Of a DNA stretch of 64,000 nt, positions 48,363 through 58,988 are shown in pieces. This DNA comes from Nemertoderma westbladi (Eukaryota > Animalia > Xenacoelomorpha). A program made the translations under genes and the position numbers. Below the pieces are notes generated by a model. The model searched no databases, was not told the origin of the DNA, and was given only the letters and a program-made list of their open reading frames with translations. Every line of letters begins with the position of its first letter. Within the stretch, counting starts at the first letter, position 1. Where the stretch lies: positions 1-64,000 of the forward strand of contig JAUCBJ010007883.1 of NCBI GenBank assembly GCA_032718475.1, read 5' to 3'.

Positions 48363-49887
48363 AGTCCCTGAATCCCCTGAGTCCCAGAATCATCCTATAA
48401 CTACTGATGCAGATAACTGCCAGGAAAACTCACCGAGACCTTCCTCACCCCCATACACAACGGTGCGAAACGCGAAAAGGGATAAACCAAGAGTCCTAAT
48501 ATTTATGGACAGCAATCGACGGTTTATACGTACAAGACAAATCGACATAACAGCAAAGATGATTCCTACAGGTAATTCTCAAGATCTTATTGATAGAATG
48601 TACTCATCCGCTAAATTCGACAGTAATGTTACCAAAATATATATCCACACAGGAACAAATGAAGTTGACCCTATCAACAGATCTACAAGGCCTATATGTA
48701 AAAACATCGAAACTGCAATCGGAGTAGCAAAACAAACCTGGCCTAATTGTCAAATAGTTGTTTCTTCCATTCTTCCACGAACTGATATCGATGTTACCAA
48801 TATCAATAACAACCTCAGAATCTCATGTAGGAAATTAAAAGTCACGTTAGCATCCCACACGACGATAAACAGATCCCATCTGTATGACGATAGACATATT
48901 TCACTAAGAAATATAAAGATCCTTGCTAAGTCCATAAAGGACTTTCTTCACCGTAATATTATTGTTACCGACCACTCGGTAAACTTCGGTAAACAACTTC
49001 GGTACCCCGACACCACCCCGGCTCGGTACCCCGACACCAACCCGGCTCGGTACCCCGACACCAACCCGGCTCGGTACCCCGACACCAACCCGGCTCGGTA
49101 CCCCGACACCAACCCGGCTCGGTGCCCCGACACCAACCCGGCTCGGTACCCTGACACCAACCCGGCTCGGTACCCCGACACCAACCCGGCTCGGTACCCT
49201 GACACCAACCCGGCTCGGTACCCCGACACCAACCCGGCTCGGTGCCCCGACACCAACCCGGCTCGGTGCCCCGACACCAACCCGGCTCGGTACCCTGACA
49301 CCAACCCGGCTCGGTACCCCGACACCAACCCGGCTCGTTGCCCCGACACCAACCCGGCTCGGTACCCTGACACCAACCCGGCTCGGTACCCCGACACCAA
49401 CCCGGCTCGGTACCCTGACACCAACCCGGCTCGGTACCCCGACACCAACCCGGCTCGGTACCCCGACACCAACCCGGCTCGGTACCCCGACACCAACCCG
49501 GCTCGGTACCCCGACACCAACCCGGCTCGGTACCCCGACACCAACCCGGCTCGGTACCCCGACACCAACCCGGCTCGGTACCCCGACACCAACCCGGCTC
49601 GGTACCCCGACACCAACCCGGCTCGGTACCCCGACACCAACCCGGCTCGGTACCCCGACACCAACCCGGCTCGGTACCCCGACACCAACCCGGCTCGGTA
49701 CCCCGACACCAACCCGGCTCGGTACCCTGACACCATCCCGGCTCGGTACCCCGACATAAACCCGGCTCGGTACCCCGACACCATCCCGGCTCAGTGCCAT
49801 GAGGTACCTGAAGAGAAGGTTCTCCTTAAGTACAACAGACCAGTAGTAGATGCTTTTATTTCGTTACTGCGAGCTATAAATATATGA
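48313..49887 (+). CDS. LINE ORF1: SGNH esterase-like domain followed by a (PARYPDTN)n repeat
   Basis: VLIFMDSN (block I), IHTGTNE (block III), IVVSSILPR and LYDDRHI (DxxH). Frame is open from 48136. Confidence 0.8.
   Translation: MVRPTIPDGSTVRPTIPVPESPESQNHPITTDADNCQENSPRPSSPPYTTVRNAKRDKPRVLIFMDSNRRFIRTRQIDITAKMIPTGNSQDLIDRMYSSAKFDSNVTKIYIHTGTNEVDPINRSTRPICKNIETAIGVAKQTWPNCQIVVSSILPRTDIDVTNINNNLRISCRKLKVTLASHTTINRSHLYDDRHISLRNIKILAKSIKDFLHRNIIVTDHSVNFGKQLRYPDTTPARYPDTNPARYPDTNPARYPDTNPARYPDTNPARCPDTNPARYPDTNPARYPDTNPARYPDTNPARYPDTNPARCPDTNPARCPDTNPARYPDTNPARYPDTNPARCPDTNPARYPDTNPARYPDTNPARYPDTNPARYPDTNPARYPDTNPARYPDTNPARYPDTNPARYPDTNPARYPDTNPARYPDTNPARYPDTNPARYPDTNPARYPDTNPARYPDTNPARYPDTNPARYPDTIPARYPDINPARYPDTIPAQCHEVPEEKVLLKYNRPVVDAFISLLRAINI
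48999..49795 (+). repeat. 24-bp in-frame coding minisatellite (~33 copies) in ORF1
   Basis: Unit cggtaccccgacaccaacccggct. Confidence 0.95.
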
Positions 49888-50014
49888 ATAATAATAATCT
49901 TTAACATTTTTACAAAGAACCATTGAACCATGTAATAACCATAACCAACCGTAATAACTAACATATCACTAAACTATTTCATTCAAGTGCGGAATAATTT
50001 TAATATGCATAATA

Positions 50015-53000
50015 TTGTCATTATGTTTTAATTATAATATTTTTAATAAATCTAACGCCAGAGCACAAAGCGAAGCAGCGACAGAAGTATATAGAGATAA
50101 ACCAAACTTAAAACATTTATTATGTAATTTCAACGCCAGTGCCACCCATATAGCACCTTTGTATGTACCATATAATTATAATTACCGTGCCTTACTTACG
50201 AATTGCCATGAACTTATTTACGCCATATTATTAATTCCGTTGTTCGCCAATATTCATTTATTACTATTAAAGTGCAATTTACTATATAACAGGTTAGAGC
50301 GTCCCATACTGAGTTGCCAGCAAGGGGCTTGTTATATGTTTATGGCGGGTTTATTTAGAATTGAAACTCGGCGCATATGTATATATCTTGTATATTTGAT
50401 ATTAATGTTTAACAAATATATTTTCTTATTACATTTACATTGTGTAAATGAGGTTTATGTAAACTTTGCTGTAAATATCCTAGCCAGTATCTATGGCAAC
50501 TATATTCGCCCATTTTTGTCGCGAAAGAAAATAATATTATTAAAATCTAAGCCAAATCTTCTTCGAAAAACTAAATATAAACCTATTAGACTTTCATTGT
50601 TAATTCTTTTACAGATCTTAATACCGCAAGTATTCATCCTAAATCAAATTCACTTTTTCCATACTATAATCACTGCCACTGCTGTATTAATAGATTTCCT
50701 ACTCGCAATATGGCTTGTTACAAAACAATACGGTAAATTAGAATGTAGAAAACCCACAGGTTTAGTAGGTTTAGTATGTTTAGTATTAACTATACAATTA
50801 GCGTCACAATTGTCGGTACATAACCGTTTTACTGTTACAGCACACGCCTACAATATAAAAGTACTTAGTCCCAATAGAAGTTACTCAGGTTCTTTATTTA
50901 GTCCACGCCAAACAGTCCCAAGAGTGCACCAAGTAACTCATATGCTCACACAATTTTTTATAAGTTTAGGTATCAATATAATAGTTTACATATCAGGCAA
51001 CTTTTTAGCAGACATATTCGCCCAATGCAATGATATAGAAACTAACCCGGGACCTAAAGGTACACAGCCAACTAAGACGAACAATCGACCTAATACACAA
51101 TGTATAACAGTAACCGACTACATGACACAAAATCCTAACGGGGTAAATTTCATTTTAATCAACACCCGCAGTTTAGTGAAAAATTATGAAGAATTAAAAC
51201 AATTAATTATGTCTCTTAACCAGTACGCAATAATTGGAGTAACAGAAACATGGTTAAAGCGGAAACATAGTAAACAATCTATTTCAATACCTGGATATGT
51301 ACATTACCGTAACGATAGGAGGAAAAGAAAGGGAGGGGGGGTTCTTATTTATATTCCAGAAAACTTGCCGCATAAAGTAAAGCAGGACATCCAAAATAAA
51401 AACTGCAAATCTGCATATGAGTCACTTTGGATAGAAATCGATACCAGTATTCTATTCGGCGTAGTATATCGACCCCCCAAAAATGTATCTTTTCTTGAAG
51501 ATTTTCTTGAAGAAACGGAAAATGCACTGAACTACAATTATAGTAATACAATCATAGCAGGTGACTTTAATTGTGATATGTTAGATAAAAATAATGTGAA
51601 AGTGAAGGAACTTGAAAACTATATGATTACTTATAATCTAGACCTACTTAATGAACTTACCCCAACACGATATGGCAATGGGAAAAACAAAAACTCATTA
51701 CTTGACTTATACCTCACTACCTCCCATAATAAATCCATTTATAATTCAATAACAACACCGAGTGGCTTCTCTGACCACGATTATGTATTATTACATTGTG
51801 ACACGAAGCTAAGCGCGACACCCACGTCCAAAAAAAGTAGCATAAGAATAACATACAGAGATTATAAACAGTTCTCAGAAAAAATGTTCTTGCAGGATAT
51901 ATCGCAAATAAATTGGGCCCCACTATACAATAACGCGGACATTGACAAATCATATAATTACTTCGAACATGAAATTGAAAACGTACTAAACAGACATGCT
52001 CCTATAACAACAAAAACAATAACAGAAAACAGAACTAAGAACACTACAAACAAAAATGCATGGGAAACACAGGAATTAAAACAACTAAATAAACAAAAAA
52101 TGGACTCACTATATATCTGGAGAACAACTAAAACTGATGATGATTATGCAAACTTTAAGACGAATAGAAATAAATACAATAACTTAAATCGCACATTAAA
52201 AAATAATTATATGAAATCAAAATTTGCTGGGGCAAAAAATGCAAAATCACGCTGGAAAATAATTAACTCAATTTTAAATAAAAAAAGTACGAGCGATATG
52301 ATTAATACAATAAAAACTAAAAATGGAAAAATTGAACACGGTTGCAAAATAATAGCTAATATACTCAACTCTACATTTTTAACACTGGGACTACAGACTA
52401 GAAATATCACAAAACAAACACTACCTGTTAACACACATACTCCATTGTGCAATGATACTTTTTCATTTCACAATATCACTGTAACTGATCTCTTAACCAT
52501 CTTGGATAAACTAAATACGAATAAATCTGCTGGTCCCTCCACAATTCCCCCACGCATAATAAAATTAATTAAGACAAAAATAGCCTACCCATTAACATAT
52601 ATAATAAACCAAAGTTTAACCACATCGAAGTTCCCCTCAAACTTAAAAATGACTAATATTACCCCTGTTTTCAAAAAGGGAGATAGAGAGAATGCTACCA
52701 ACTATCGCCCAATATCTGTAACATCCACATTTGCTAAAATTTTTGAAACCGTAATGCTAAACCAAATTGTATCATATATAACTAAAAATAAAATAATCAA
52801 AAATAAACAATTCGGTTTTCGCAAAGGATATGCAACTTCTGATGCATTAATTTACACTACAGAATCATGGAAAGCAACACTAGATAGCAATAAATACGTG
52901 GCCATTGCAGCACTGGATGTAGCAAAAGCGTTCAACTCTTTAAATCATAATATCCTATTAAACAAACTTACCCGACTCGGATTTCACACTACTGCCACCA

Positions 53001-54061
53001 ACCTAATAGCAAACTACTTACATGATAGGGTGCAAAGAGTCAAAATTAATAATACTCATTCTGACTGGGCTAAAATTAATCACGGCATTCCACAGGGTAC
53101 CCAAGTAGGACCTATCCTATTTCTTTTATACGTAAATAACATATCCGCCTTCTCTGATTTAGATCTAATCCAATATGCTGATGACACTCTAATATTTGCA
53201 TCACATTCAAATCCTTTAACAGCAACACACAATCTATCTGAACATGTAGACAAACTGGAACGTAACCTACTAGATATAAACCTAGATCTCAACACGGATA
53301 AGTCAGAATTTATCTTACTTTCTCCAAAAACCAGAACACCGAGCATAGAAAAAATACAACTAAAAACACAGTCATACACAATTGAACAATCCACTTCAAT
53401 TAAGTACTTAGGCGTTATTATTGATAATAGACTTAACTGGCACGCCCAAATTGACCAAATTACTCACAAAATGGCCCTTGCAATATCATGCCTACGCAAT
53501 GTTAAAGGACAACTACCATTGAAGACAAAATTAAATATATATAAATCTACAGTATTACCTTACCAAAATTATTGCTCAGATTTGCTAGTACCATTACACA
53601 AACAATATGGATATAAACAAAAACTATATGAAATAGAGAAACAACAAAACTTTGGTTTACGCGTAGTCTTCAGTAAAAAGAATAGGGATTCCACCGGCAC
53701 AGAACTTCGCACCATTGCTAAAATACCAAATTTACATTCACTGCGAGAATTTAACGCTTTAAAATTCTTTCACAAATATACGCATAACTTATCCACCCCT
53801 TTCAAACACATAGATCTACCATACTTACCAATTACTTTGTTAACTTCTGGTTCCCACAAACTTCTAAACCCACGCACGTACAATATTAAAATTCCAAAAA
53901 CTTATTCAAATCATGGAACTTACAGTTTAACAGTGGCACTTATTAAAATATGGAATAGTATCCCCACTGAAATTAAAAAACAAGATACATATAAATTATT
54001 TTTACGCGACGTAAAAGCAAAATATTTGAAACACTACACTCGATACGAAGAAATAACTTAA
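50015..54061 (+). CDS. LINE ORF2: hydrophobic N-terminal extension, 2A-like peptide, APE endonuclease and reverse transcriptase (uninterrupted)
   Basis: DIETNPGP; APE motifs NTRSL, GVTETWL, GGGV, YRPP, AGDFN, SDH; RT motifs NYRPISV, QFGFR, DVAKAF, GIPQGT, YADD, YLGV. No stops or frameshifts. First ATG at 50336. Confidence 0.92.
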   Translation: MSLCFNYNIFNKSNARAQSEAATEVYRDKPNLKHLLCNFNASATHIAPLYVPYNYNYRALLTNCHELIYAILLIPLFANIHLLLLKCNLLYNRLERPILSCQQGACYMFMAGLFRIETRRICIYLVYLILMFNKYIFLLHLHCVNEVYVNFAVNILASIYGNYIRPFLSRKKIILLKSKPNLLRKTKYKPIRLSLLILLQILIPQVFILNQIHFFHTIITATAVLIDFLLAIWLVTKQYGKLECRKPTGLVGLVCLVLTIQLASQLSVHNRFTVTAHAYNIKVLSPNRSYSGSLFSPRQTVPRVHQVTHMLTQFFISLGINIIVYISGNFLADIFAQCNDIETNPGPKGTQPTKTNNRPNTQCITVTDYMTQNPNGVNFILINTRSLVKNYEELKQLIMSLNQYAIIGVTETWLKRKHSKQSISIPGYVHYRNDRRKRKGGGVLIYIPENLPHKVKQDIQNKNCKSAYESLWIEIDTSILFGVVYRPPKNVSFLEDFLEETENALNYNYSNTIIAGDFNCDMLDKNNVKVKELENYMITYNLDLLNELTPTRYGNGKNKNSLLDLYLTTSHNKSIYNSITTPSGFSDHDYVLLHCDTKLSATPTSKKSSIRITYRDYKQFSEKMFLQDISQINWAPLYNNADIDKSYNYFEHEIENVLNRHAPITTKTITENRTKNTTNKNAWETQELKQLNKQKMDSLYIWRTTKTDDDYANFKTNRNKYNNLNRTLKNNYMKSKFAGAKNAKSRWKIINSILNKKSTSDMINTIKTKNGKIEHGCKIIANILNSTFLTLGLQTRNITKQTLPVNTHTPLCNDTFSFHNITVTDLLTILDKLNTNKSAGPSTIPPRIIKLIKTKIAYPLTYIINQSLTTSKFPSNLKMTNITPVFKKGDRENATNYRPISVTSTFAKIFETVMLNQIVSYITKNKIIKNKQFGFRKGYATSDALIYTTESWKATLDSNKYVAIAALDVAKAFNSLNHNILLNKLTRLGFHTTATNLIANYLHDRVQRVKINNTHSDWAKINHGIPQGTQVGPILFLLYVNNISAFSDLDLIQYADDTLIFASHSNPLTATHNLSEHVDKLERNLLDINLDLNTDKSEFILLSPKTRTPSIEKIQLKTQSYTIEQSTSIKYLGVIIDNRLNWHAQIDQITHKMALAISCLRNVKGQLPLKTKLNIYKSTVLPYQNYCSDLLVPLHKQYGYKQKLYEIEKQQNFGLRVVFSKKNRDSTGTELRTIAKIPNLHSLREFNALKFFHKYTHNLSTPFKHIDLPYLPITLLTSGSHKLLNPRTYNIKIPKTYSNHGTYSLTVALIKIWNSIPTEIKKQDTYKLFLRDVKAKYLKHYTRYEEIT
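51032..51055 (+). other. 2A-like ribosomal skipping motif D(V/I)ExNPG^P
   Basis: GAT ATA GAA ACT AAC CCG GGA CCT = DIETNPGP, preceded by hydrophobic NFLADIFAQCN and just upstream of the APE domain. Confidence 0.8.
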
Positions 54062-55414
54062 TCCCAGGAACAGGATATATACTGCACTGTGCTGCATTCA
54101 CCTTTTTATTAGTTTATTGTTATTGTTATTTGTTTAGATACCAGTAAAGTTGTTAGTAGTAGGCCCCGCCCCTACTTGATGTCTATGTTTTACGTATATA
54201 GTTAGACCCCTGCTGGACAACTGACGCTTATTTCCTTTTTAAATTATCAGCTTGTGCGACGTTTGTTTGCTAGCTGCCTCCAATTGGTTTACCAGGCGGA
54301 GTTTTAAGGAAATAAAAGATGTTTATTATTATTTTATTATATTATTATATTATTATTATATTATTATGCCATCCAGCGACTGCGAATCATGCCCTGCCCA
54401 TTGTACAGTTGTATAACGTCGTCGTTGAAATTGGCTACTCCTAGCCATACACACACACACACACACATTACAGCATTATGTACAAGGACAAACAGATTAA
54501 ACAGGATACAAAGGCATTTCAGGTTAGACCTCCTTGGCACTTGGTCCTTATATAAAGTATATATAAAGAAAGATTTAACACATACTGACATAGATAAGTT
54601 AAATAAAATAGGCCCTTACTGCCTTACAAAAAGAAAGTACCGGTACCTACTGACTGACTAAAGTAGGGTAAATTCAGACCTTTCCTGCTGTCCTGCCTTC
54701 ACTTTTTCGCAAAAAAAATGCTTTTACACACGGCACGGATCGGAGACTGTGTTCACAACCTCCACCCTCAGGCGCTCAGGGTCAGCTGGAACCGGGAGGT
54801 GGGAGGGGAGCGAGGGCGAGTAGGCCTACCAAATGGCAGAATGGGCTGGGCACAATTCTGTACGCAAATACCAGAATACTGAAATATATTTTTACACATT
54901 AACCAGTTAACAGCGACTGCTACTACCTACTACTTCTACTTGCTTTCTACATCTACAACTGTACAGTTCTAACAGTATTGTCAGATTGTACTTAGACCTG
55001 TAGGCCTAGTACAGTTCAGTTAGATTCCTGCTCTGCTGCTGTACTACTACTACACTGACTACAGCGATACAGTTGCACAGCACAGCAGCAGTCAGTATTG
55101 ACACTATGCGGCTGTGATAGTACTGCAATATGCAATATGCCTACAGCTGTACAGTCTGACAGTACAACGTACAATTCAGCAATTATGATTGCGAAATTGC
55201 AATGTCAGAATGTGTGGGTGGAAACAGCTGATTTTGTTTACATTTACTGATACCAGATACCGTTTGGTTTGGATTTATAAGATTGTAAATAAATCGATAA
55301 CGCCACCTAGAGGTATTAACTAATATTTCGAACTGGTGTGTCATTAAATCCATTTTGTACCATCTTCGATGAATTAAGTTAGCAACATTGAGCATACCTG
55401 AAAAAAATATATTA

Positions 55415-55550
55415 CCTTTCCTGATAATAATTGTGAATTGTTCCTTTTTTGAAGAATCGGAAGTTTCATCCGTCAATATTGTAAATAAAATACTGCTGAC
55501 GTAATGCGTTCCGCAATCTTTACTTGAAACTGTTGCTTTAGTATCCATTA
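55415..55550 (-). pseudogene. hAT transposase remnant
   Basis: FTILTDETSDSSKKEQFTIIIR matches the hAT/ZMYM-type first catalytic Asp motif (DExxDxSxxEQxxxxxR). Confidence 0.55.
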
Positions 55551-56850
55551 TCTATTCTTAATCGAAGGAGACCTCGAAATATTCCTTCTACGGGTACATG
55601 AGTCAGTTAAAATCATCATTCCCAACAAAGAGGACACGTTTTAGTCCCTTCCTGATTAAAAATAAAATTGAAGTTTAGAGGGAGTCCATCAGTCCAAGGA
55701 TAATCTGCCCAGTGGGCGTATCCAGGATTTCTCCGATAAAGTTGAAGTTACTAGACCTAGTGGTACTGTACTGGTGGGCTTCAGATACCTTCCTAAAATT
55801 ATGGGTTAGATACTTTTGGGGCTTTAGTGTTAAAGATTTTATGAACATGGTTAAGCCGAAGTTGGGAGACGTGCGATTCAACATGAACAAACTATACCTA
55901 CTTCTTTAAAATCTGTCGTTGTTACACTTGTGGGTGGCCCATAACTACACAGTATGTATAATACGTACGTATTAACGCATTTATTTTGACACACTTGTAG
56001 TCTTTGTTTCAAATTATTGTTAAGCCCTACATAGCAGAATGAATAGAGCATAAAATTGTTCGCATGTTAGGTGATAGGCATTTTCTGGTTTCTACTGTAT
56101 ACAGAAACTTAAATCTTCCATTCCCTTTGGATATTATGTCTGATACAATATCAATTCCTGCCAGGCTGTTGTCTATTGTGAGACCTTACTCAACTATATG
56201 AAAGTGTACGATTATATTTGATTATATTGTGCAGTAAATAGTTCATTAAATAAATAATAATTGATTATATAAATTAAGTAAAAATAAATATTAAAATATT
56301 CCTGCCCCAGCCCCAGTCCACCGTTTTAGAAAGCGATAATTCAAATTTACAGCATGGCACAGGATTTCATTGCTTTGATTGACTGTCCACTCCCCGCTCT
56401 TTGTACAGTTGTATGCTTCCCCCAAGGACTACTGAAGTAGTCTTTGGCTCCCCCTCAACTCTGCCAGTCTGCATCTGCATCTGCACAATGTCTGAATGTA
56501 ACGTACAGAAGTACACTAAGAAGGTCTGAAGGTAAGTACCGTACCGTACACTTCCAGACTGTAGCACTGCACTGGTTGCTGCTTGCTGGGTTGACTGGCT
56601 TTGTCTTTGGCTACTCCAGTACTCTGCTCTGGTCTTAAAGTCTTACATCTTGGTTTGGCAGTTTGGTGCTAGCTGGCTGGTGTCTGGTGCAGTGCAGCAG
56701 TGGTGAATGCAGATACTGAGATACGATACACTGATTCACTGATACGGTCAGACAGTATCGCGCAGTAGTACAGTAGTCAGGTAGTAGGGTGTAGTACCGG
56801 TACTACTGTACTATACCTGTATACCGTGTATACAGCTATATACTACAACT

Positions 56851-57828
56851 ATGCCTTCGCTATTCAATGTGATTGTTGTGCTTCTAACTTCTATGCGCTA
56901 TCATTGCCACGCGGAACTTTCTCCTAATGATTATTTGCGCAAAGAATTTAGTTTAATCAAACCATTCTCTGGTGCACGGATACCGCTTTGGGACATCCTA
57001 GGGAACACGATGATAACCCCGGACTACGTGCGACTAACTCCGGACGAACCGAGCCGAAGCGGCGCGATATGGGGCAAAGTTCCCTGCAACGTCCGGGACT
57101 GGGAGATCCATCTGCGATTCCGAGTCCACGGCAAAGCCAAGTCCTTGTTCGGCGACGGATTCGCGTTCTGGTACGCCCGGGACAGGATGTTCTCCGGCCC
57201 GGTGTTCGGTAGTCGGGACTACTTTCACGGACTCGCCGTATTCTTCGACACTTACAGCAACCACAACGGCCCACACAACCACGGACACCCCTATATATCC
57301 GCGATGGTGAACAACGGGACCTTCCATTACGACCACGACCGGGACGGGACTCACACCGAGATGTCCGGTTGCCAATCCTCCTTCAGGAATCGGAAATCCG
57401 ACGTTAAAGCGATAATCCGTTACGTGAAAGGCCAACTCACCGTGTCTACGGACATCGACGATAGAGGTAAACCCAAGGAGTGTTTCACCTCTCCGGACGT
57501 TCGTCTACCCATCGGGTACCACTTTGGTCTATCAGCGGCCACTGGGGAACTATCGGACAACCACGATATTATATCGTTTAAGTTCTACGATATTGATATG
57601 CCGGGACGGATAGCGGCCAAGGAGGAGGAACTGCGGAATATTAAACCGGAGGCGCGGTTCTTCCAGCCCCCGCGGGACCACATTGATGACGCTCCCGTCT
57701 CCACACTGGGGGGGTTCAGGATGTTTCTACTGGTACTTATTGGACTCGCTGGGACCGTTCTATGCGTGGGTGTCAGCGTTATGGTGCTAAAGAAGCGCCA
57801 AGAAAGGAACCTAAAGCGCTTTTATTAA
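56851..57828 (+). CDS. LMAN2: VIP36/LMAN2-like L-type lectin cargo receptor, intronless, 325 aa
   Basis: Signal peptide, YLRKEFSLIKPF, GDGFAFWY, FDTYSN, YDHDRDG, SAATGELSDNHDIIS, TM helix and a cytosolic KRFY tail. Confidence 0.93.
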   Translation: MPSLFNVIVVLLTSMRYHCHAELSPNDYLRKEFSLIKPFSGARIPLWDILGNTMITPDYVRLTPDEPSRSGAIWGKVPCNVRDWEIHLRFRVHGKAKSLFGDGFAFWYARDRMFSGPVFGSRDYFHGLAVFFDTYSNHNGPHNHGHPYISAMVNNGTFHYDHDRDGTHTEMSGCQSSFRNRKSDVKAIIRYVKGQLTVSTDIDDRGKPKECFTSPDVRLPIGYHFGLSAATGELSDNHDIISFKFYDIDMPGRIAAKEEELRNIKPEARFFQPPRDHIDDAPVSTLGGFRMFLLVLIGLAGTVLCVGVSVMVLKKRQERNLKRFY

Positions 57829-58353
57829 GGGCCGGATGCCCTGCCTTGATTCGAATAAATTAGAGATACACCGTCGGAGCGGAAGACTTGCTGCCATTCT
57901 TTTTTGAGCTATTAGTTAATTATTATTCCGTAATGACTGTAGAAACATCGACGGAGTCTAGCAAAGCAGTTCATTATATTCGGCTGGTCGGGGAGTTTAT
58001 TTTTTTAGTTATATTAGAAACGTCTCGTTCGGTATTGTTTGTATCAATTGTGAATTTGGGATTATTTAACATCTCCATCGTTTGTCTTGTTGACAGTTTT
58101 AGCGTAAATATTAATATAAATATTATTGGACTGTCTAATATGTAACTATTTTAAGTATTTCTGGAACTAAAGTGATAATAATATATGCATGGGTTGCGTA
58201 CGTGCATTAATAATAATTACTATACTAATATGTGTCGCAATATTTTCGCCCCCAACCCCAATAAAAGATGGTTCCCCAAACTAAAAGTGACATGGAATTA
58301 AATTTTAAAGCAAAAATATTGTAAGATATTGAATCCACCTTTAGTATAAATAT

Positions 58354-58988
58354 TAGGGATGTGGCGAATGTCCGCATCCGCGGATATCCGCATGATTTTT
58401 CGCATTCGCACCCCCGCCCATGGCATGCGGATGTTACATGCGGATGATACATGCATTATTCAAGCATCCCGTCTGAAGGCACAGCAACCACTCAATTAAA
58501 TTTTCAATAATAATTACTTTTTCCCTTATGAAATTTTTTTTATTTTATCTTAAAATTATCAAAGTATAAAATATCAAAATTATTTCTTACTACTTATTTC
58601 TTATATCAACTTGGCCAGATGTAAAATAAACTACTGTGTTGTATTATACCAGGATCTAATCTCCCAAGACCTCATGACGCAGGCCAGGACCCAACGACCA
58701 CTCACATGACCTACGACGCATTACTGGGCTGGGCAGCCTATGCCCATGAATAGGCATAGATTGAACTGTTCTATAATCTTAGACTCTCGTTAGTTTATTA
58801 ATATAAGATTAGAATATAATATTAAAATGCTGCTGGTATAACACCTTGATGTAAAAGGGAGGTCAGGCAAAAATATATATGTTTTAATAGACATCCGCAT
58901 CCGTGCGGATGTCACCTCAGACTGTCAGACATTTGCATCCGCATCTGCATTCGCGGATGTTAAAAATATGACATTCGCAACATCCCTA
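58354..58988. mobile_element. Non-autonomous TIR element (TAGGG termini, hAT-like)
   Basis: tagggatgtggcgaatgtc / gacattcgcaacatcccta, with subterminal gcatcc/cggat repeats. No clean 8-bp TSD. Confidence 0.7.

Larger units (their letters stand above)
48100..54367 (+). mobile_element. CR1/L2-group non-LTR retrotransposon, near full length (5' boundary uncertain)
   Basis: ORF1 (esterase), ORF2 (APE-RT), 3' UTR with AATAAA at ~54311 and a (TAT)n tail at 54323-54367. No TSD identified. Confidence 0.88.

Noticed and set aside
48904-49800. Minus-strand (GVPSRVGV)n and (VSGYRAGL)n ORFs
   Set aside because: By-products of the 24-bp repeat. The + frame is continuous with the esterase ORF1.
54670-54710. 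RNase P RNA-like motif aattcagacc followed by a T-run
   Set aside because: The complementary P4 partner motif is not found at a suitable distance on either strand.
55675-55900. Short ORFs, possibly a LINE 3' remnant (HQYSTTRSS)
   Set aside because: Insufficient motif evidence.
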